This document shows, in pieces, positions 36,208 to 38,333 of a stretch of 38,333 nt of DNA. The stretch comes from Limisphaerales bacterium (lineage in GTDB: Bacteria > Verrucomicrobiota > Verrucomicrobiia > Limisphaerales > UBA11358): contig JBOHXA010000541.1 of assembly GCA_050737335.1 (NCBI GenBank), forward strand, positions 1 through 38,333. The letters are read 5' to 3'. The position numbers were made by a program, and so were the translations under genes. The notes under the pieces are model-generated. The model was not told the origin of the DNA. It saw nothing but the letters and a program-made list of their open reading frames with translations, and did not search any database. Position 1 is the stretch's first letter; each line of letters begins with the position of its first letter.

Positions 36208-36689
36208 CTACGCTTCCGCAAAATCTTTTTGGAACTCTTTATCTTTCTTCATTTGGCGGACAATGGCCTCCGCGAGCACGCGCCCGGCATAAATATCGGT
36301 CGGATAGTGACGGTCCGTATTCAACGCGTGCCCGTGGCAGCGCCAAGAATGGTTCCACGCCGAATTTAAGCGCGCCCAGCCCTCCGTCTGCGAGCTGCCG
36401 CATGCCCGCGCCTTTCTTGAATTTTGCCACGAAAATCAGTTGGGCCTGTTCGCTTTAAGCACGGTCCATAATGACCGTTTCGTCGTCCAATGCCGTGTCA
36501 CCGGGTTTGGCGCGTTTCTCGAAAACCATACATCGATGTTTTGGGACAGACGCGAAAGATCTACGAAATTCTTCGCGTAAACCATTTGCGCCCGGACGAG
36601 ACGCGCGAAAAGGGATCGCTCATCGTGGCGGCGGCGCGGAAGGACAGAAGGCAGAACGAAAGGAGGGTGAATGGGATTGGAGTTTTCAT
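36208..36689 (-). pseudogene. frameshifted PAP2-superfamily phosphatase pseudogene
   Basis: A signal-peptide-like start MKTPIPFTLLSFCLLSFRAAA (ATG at 36689) stops after 42 codons. Downstream pieces lie in three frames: ...RGHAAA, ...FLALPRARVEYGP and HYPTDIYAGRVLAEAIVRQM...*. Removing one base near 36310 joins ARVEYGP to HYPTD, giving the PAP2 C3 motif (S/A)RxxxxxHxxxD. Confidence 0.6.
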
Positions 36690-36768
36690 TTTAATCATTT
36701 CAGATTTTAGTCCGTTCACGCTGCAATCGTCCAGTCAGAGGATTCACATCCGCAGCTATGACGTTTCA

Positions 36769-37287
36769 CTAAGGAGCTGTTACGCCGACGCGGTAAAAGT
36801 ATGGGACGTTGTTGGTGGCAGAGGCGTCTGTATAGCTGGTGGTGTTGGTTTGGCCGGTGACGTTGGATTGGATCGTGGTGAATGGCGGTTCTGAGATCAG
36901 ATTCGTCGAGCGCTGGAGGAAATAGGGAATCCCACTGACACCTTGCCAGGTGACTTTCACACCAGTTTTGATGTTGGTGGTGACGGGCGTGAGCATGGCC
37001 GGGACGGAGGCGGAGTTGGTCGGATTCAGGCTGGCGATCCAGTCCTGATAGACGTCAAAGGCGGTGCCGTCTAAATCCTTGAAGTCAACGGAGCCATCGG
37101 TCGGCAGGCCGTATTGTTTGAGATACGCGTAGGAGATGACCAAGGTTGGCGTTTGATATTCGTATGCGCCGATGTCCACGGTGCCGCCGACGATGCGGGG
37201 ATTGGCGGAGGCCGAGTGCGGGCTCGGGGATTTGCCCGAAGCATTGCGCGAACGAGTGAGGCGAATGCCCATCATTTTTAAACACAA
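36769..37287 (-). pseudogene. 3-prime remnant of a large beta-helix (choice-of-anchor-Q-like) surface protein
   Basis: ...NPRIVGGTVDIGAYEYQ is the characteristic end of parallel beta-helix surface proteins. It is followed by an about 120-aa beta-sandwich ending in PYFYRVGVTAP. There is no signal peptide or N-terminal body. The frame closes just upstream, and the 5-prime part overlaps the divergent Zincin_1 gene. Confidence 0.5.
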
Positions 37288-37537
37288 GCCCGGTGAATCG
37301 TTGCAAGCAGAGGGAATAGAACAGGACGCGCTGGGCGTTTTTACAGGCGCGGAATTGTCGAATCAAGGCCATGCGCCGGTGTCGCCGAAAATTATTTTGT
37401 TCCTGGAGAACGTCCGGGACGTGGCTGAGGGCGACGGCAATAGTTTTCGCGGGGAAATCCGGATGGCTTTTCTGCACGAGTTGGGACATTTTTTGCGCCT
37501 GGATGAGGACGATTTGACGGAGGCGGGCTTGGAATAG
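37193..37537 (+). CDS. Zincin_1 (DUF1025) family small metallopeptidase
   Basis: LPEALRERVRRMPIIFKHKP...LGVFTG...IILFLENV...EIRMAFLHELGHFLRLDEDDL contains the HExxH motif and the family layout. Start at ATG 37193 or 37172. Confidence 0.8.
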   Translation: MRGLAEAECGLGDLPEALRERVRRMPIIFKHKPGESLQAEGIEQDALGVFTGAELSNQGHAPVSPKIILFLENVRDVAEGDGNSFRGEIRMAFLHELGHFLRLDEDDLTEAGLE

Positions 37538-37607
37538 CTTCATTTTATTGGGTTTCGACGGGATTTCCGGGCGGTGAAAAAAGGCCAAAAAAATTTTGAA
37601 AAAACAC

Positions 37608-37635
37608 TTGCGGCGGGTATGTTCTTTGGTAAAGT
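37608..37635 (+). promoter_or_regulatory. rRNA operon promoter candidate P1 (TTGCGG-N16-TAAAGT) with upstream A/T-rich UP-like tract
   Basis: -35 at 37608-37613 and -10 at 37630-37635. Preceded by GAAAAAAGGCCAAAAAAATTTTGAAAAAACA. Followed by the discriminator AAGCGTCC. Confidence 0.45.
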
Positions 37636-37680
37636 AAGCGTCCGCTCGTCGAGCAAGAGGCGAGGGTGGACAAAAGTCCA

Positions 37681-37708
37681 TTGACAACAGACGCGGGTGT
37701 GTTAGGAT
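37681..37708 (+). promoter_or_regulatory. rRNA operon promoter candidate P2 (TTGACA-N16-TAGGAT)
   Basis: Perfect -35 TTGACA at 37681-37686 and -10 TAGGAT at 37703-37708. The GC-rich discriminator ACGCGTCC is nearly identical to the one after P1. Confidence 0.5.
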
Positions 37709-37849
37709 ACGCGTCCCCGAAAATTGAATCTGATTGCCGATTTGGAAAGTGGCGATTCGGCGGTTGGTTTTTTTTCCCCTAAAGGGAAATGGCGCTGAGA
37801 GGCGCTTTTAAGGTTTCGGAAAAATTTTGGGCGTCCTTTATGGCGCCAT

Positions 37850-37862
37850 TGCTCTTTGAAAA
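37850..37862 (+). promoter_or_regulatory. boxA-like antitermination element in the rRNA leader
   Basis: TGCTCTTTGAAAA compared with the E. coli rrn boxA TGCTCTTTAACAA. It lies about 125 nt upstream of the 16S 5-prime end. Confidence 0.55.
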
Positions 37863-37984
37863 TTGATTTGTGCGATTAGTGAGAGCCCCTTCAAGGGTGG
37901 CCTGTTAGTGGGCCGTCCAAGAAGGTTTTAACCAATAAAGCCCTTCAATTTTACGATTGAAGGCGAATCAACTAACGTTTTTTT

Positions 37985-38333
<349 letters not shown>

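Overview
This window reads as ordinary chromosome from a moderately GC-rich bacterium. The taxon is most likely Verrucomicrobiota. This is inferred from the partial 16S rRNA at the right edge (37985-38333, ...GAACGAACGCTGGCGGCGTGGATAAGACATGCAAGTCGAACG...) and from the style of the proteins: Pro-rich linkers, a zinc-ribbon single-pass protein and a DIGAYEY beta-helix remnant.

I can support about 30 protein genes, in this order:
- mutY
- a Pro-rich ORF / CPBP protease / TPR operon
- a secreted GH2 glycosidase, divergent from a very large PA14-containing sensor kinase and its NarL-type response regulator
- argH
- a zinc-ribbon membrane protein and a CinA/PncC-type amidohydrolase
- a nusA-infB-rbfA-nrnA operon
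- a holin-X-like membrane protein behind a sigma54-type promoter
- a Cys-cluster secreted helical protein plus a GH36-like alpha-galactosidase
- a tightly packed TonB-dependent receptor / YfiR-like / hybrid histidine kinase operon
- a PA0069-type radical SAM gene followed by xerD
- kpsF
- a SYLF-domain lipoprotein
- a GYF-cNMP-binding protein
- a CBM48 protein
- pheA
- a frameshifted PAP2 phosphatase pseudogene
- a truncated beta-helix protein remnant
- a Zincin_1 metallopeptidase
- the start of an rRNA operon, with tandem promoters and a boxA

I found no CRISPR array, transposase, phage module, tRNA or recognisable defence or toxin-antitoxin system. I cannot honestly point to a clear-cut new system. 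The best candidates for something under-described are:
1. the TBDR/YfiR-like/hybrid-kinase envelope signalling operon
2. the PA14 plus six OB-like-repeat sensor kinase next to GH2
3. the Cys-cluster helical protein paired with the GH36-like enzyme
4. the sigma54-promoter-driven holin-like gene, preceded by a GC-rich structured element
5. a promoter plus weak intrinsic terminator in the nusA leader (possible attenuator), with a further 260 nt of unexplained non-coding sequence upstream

All family calls come from motifs read by eye. No searches or computations were run.
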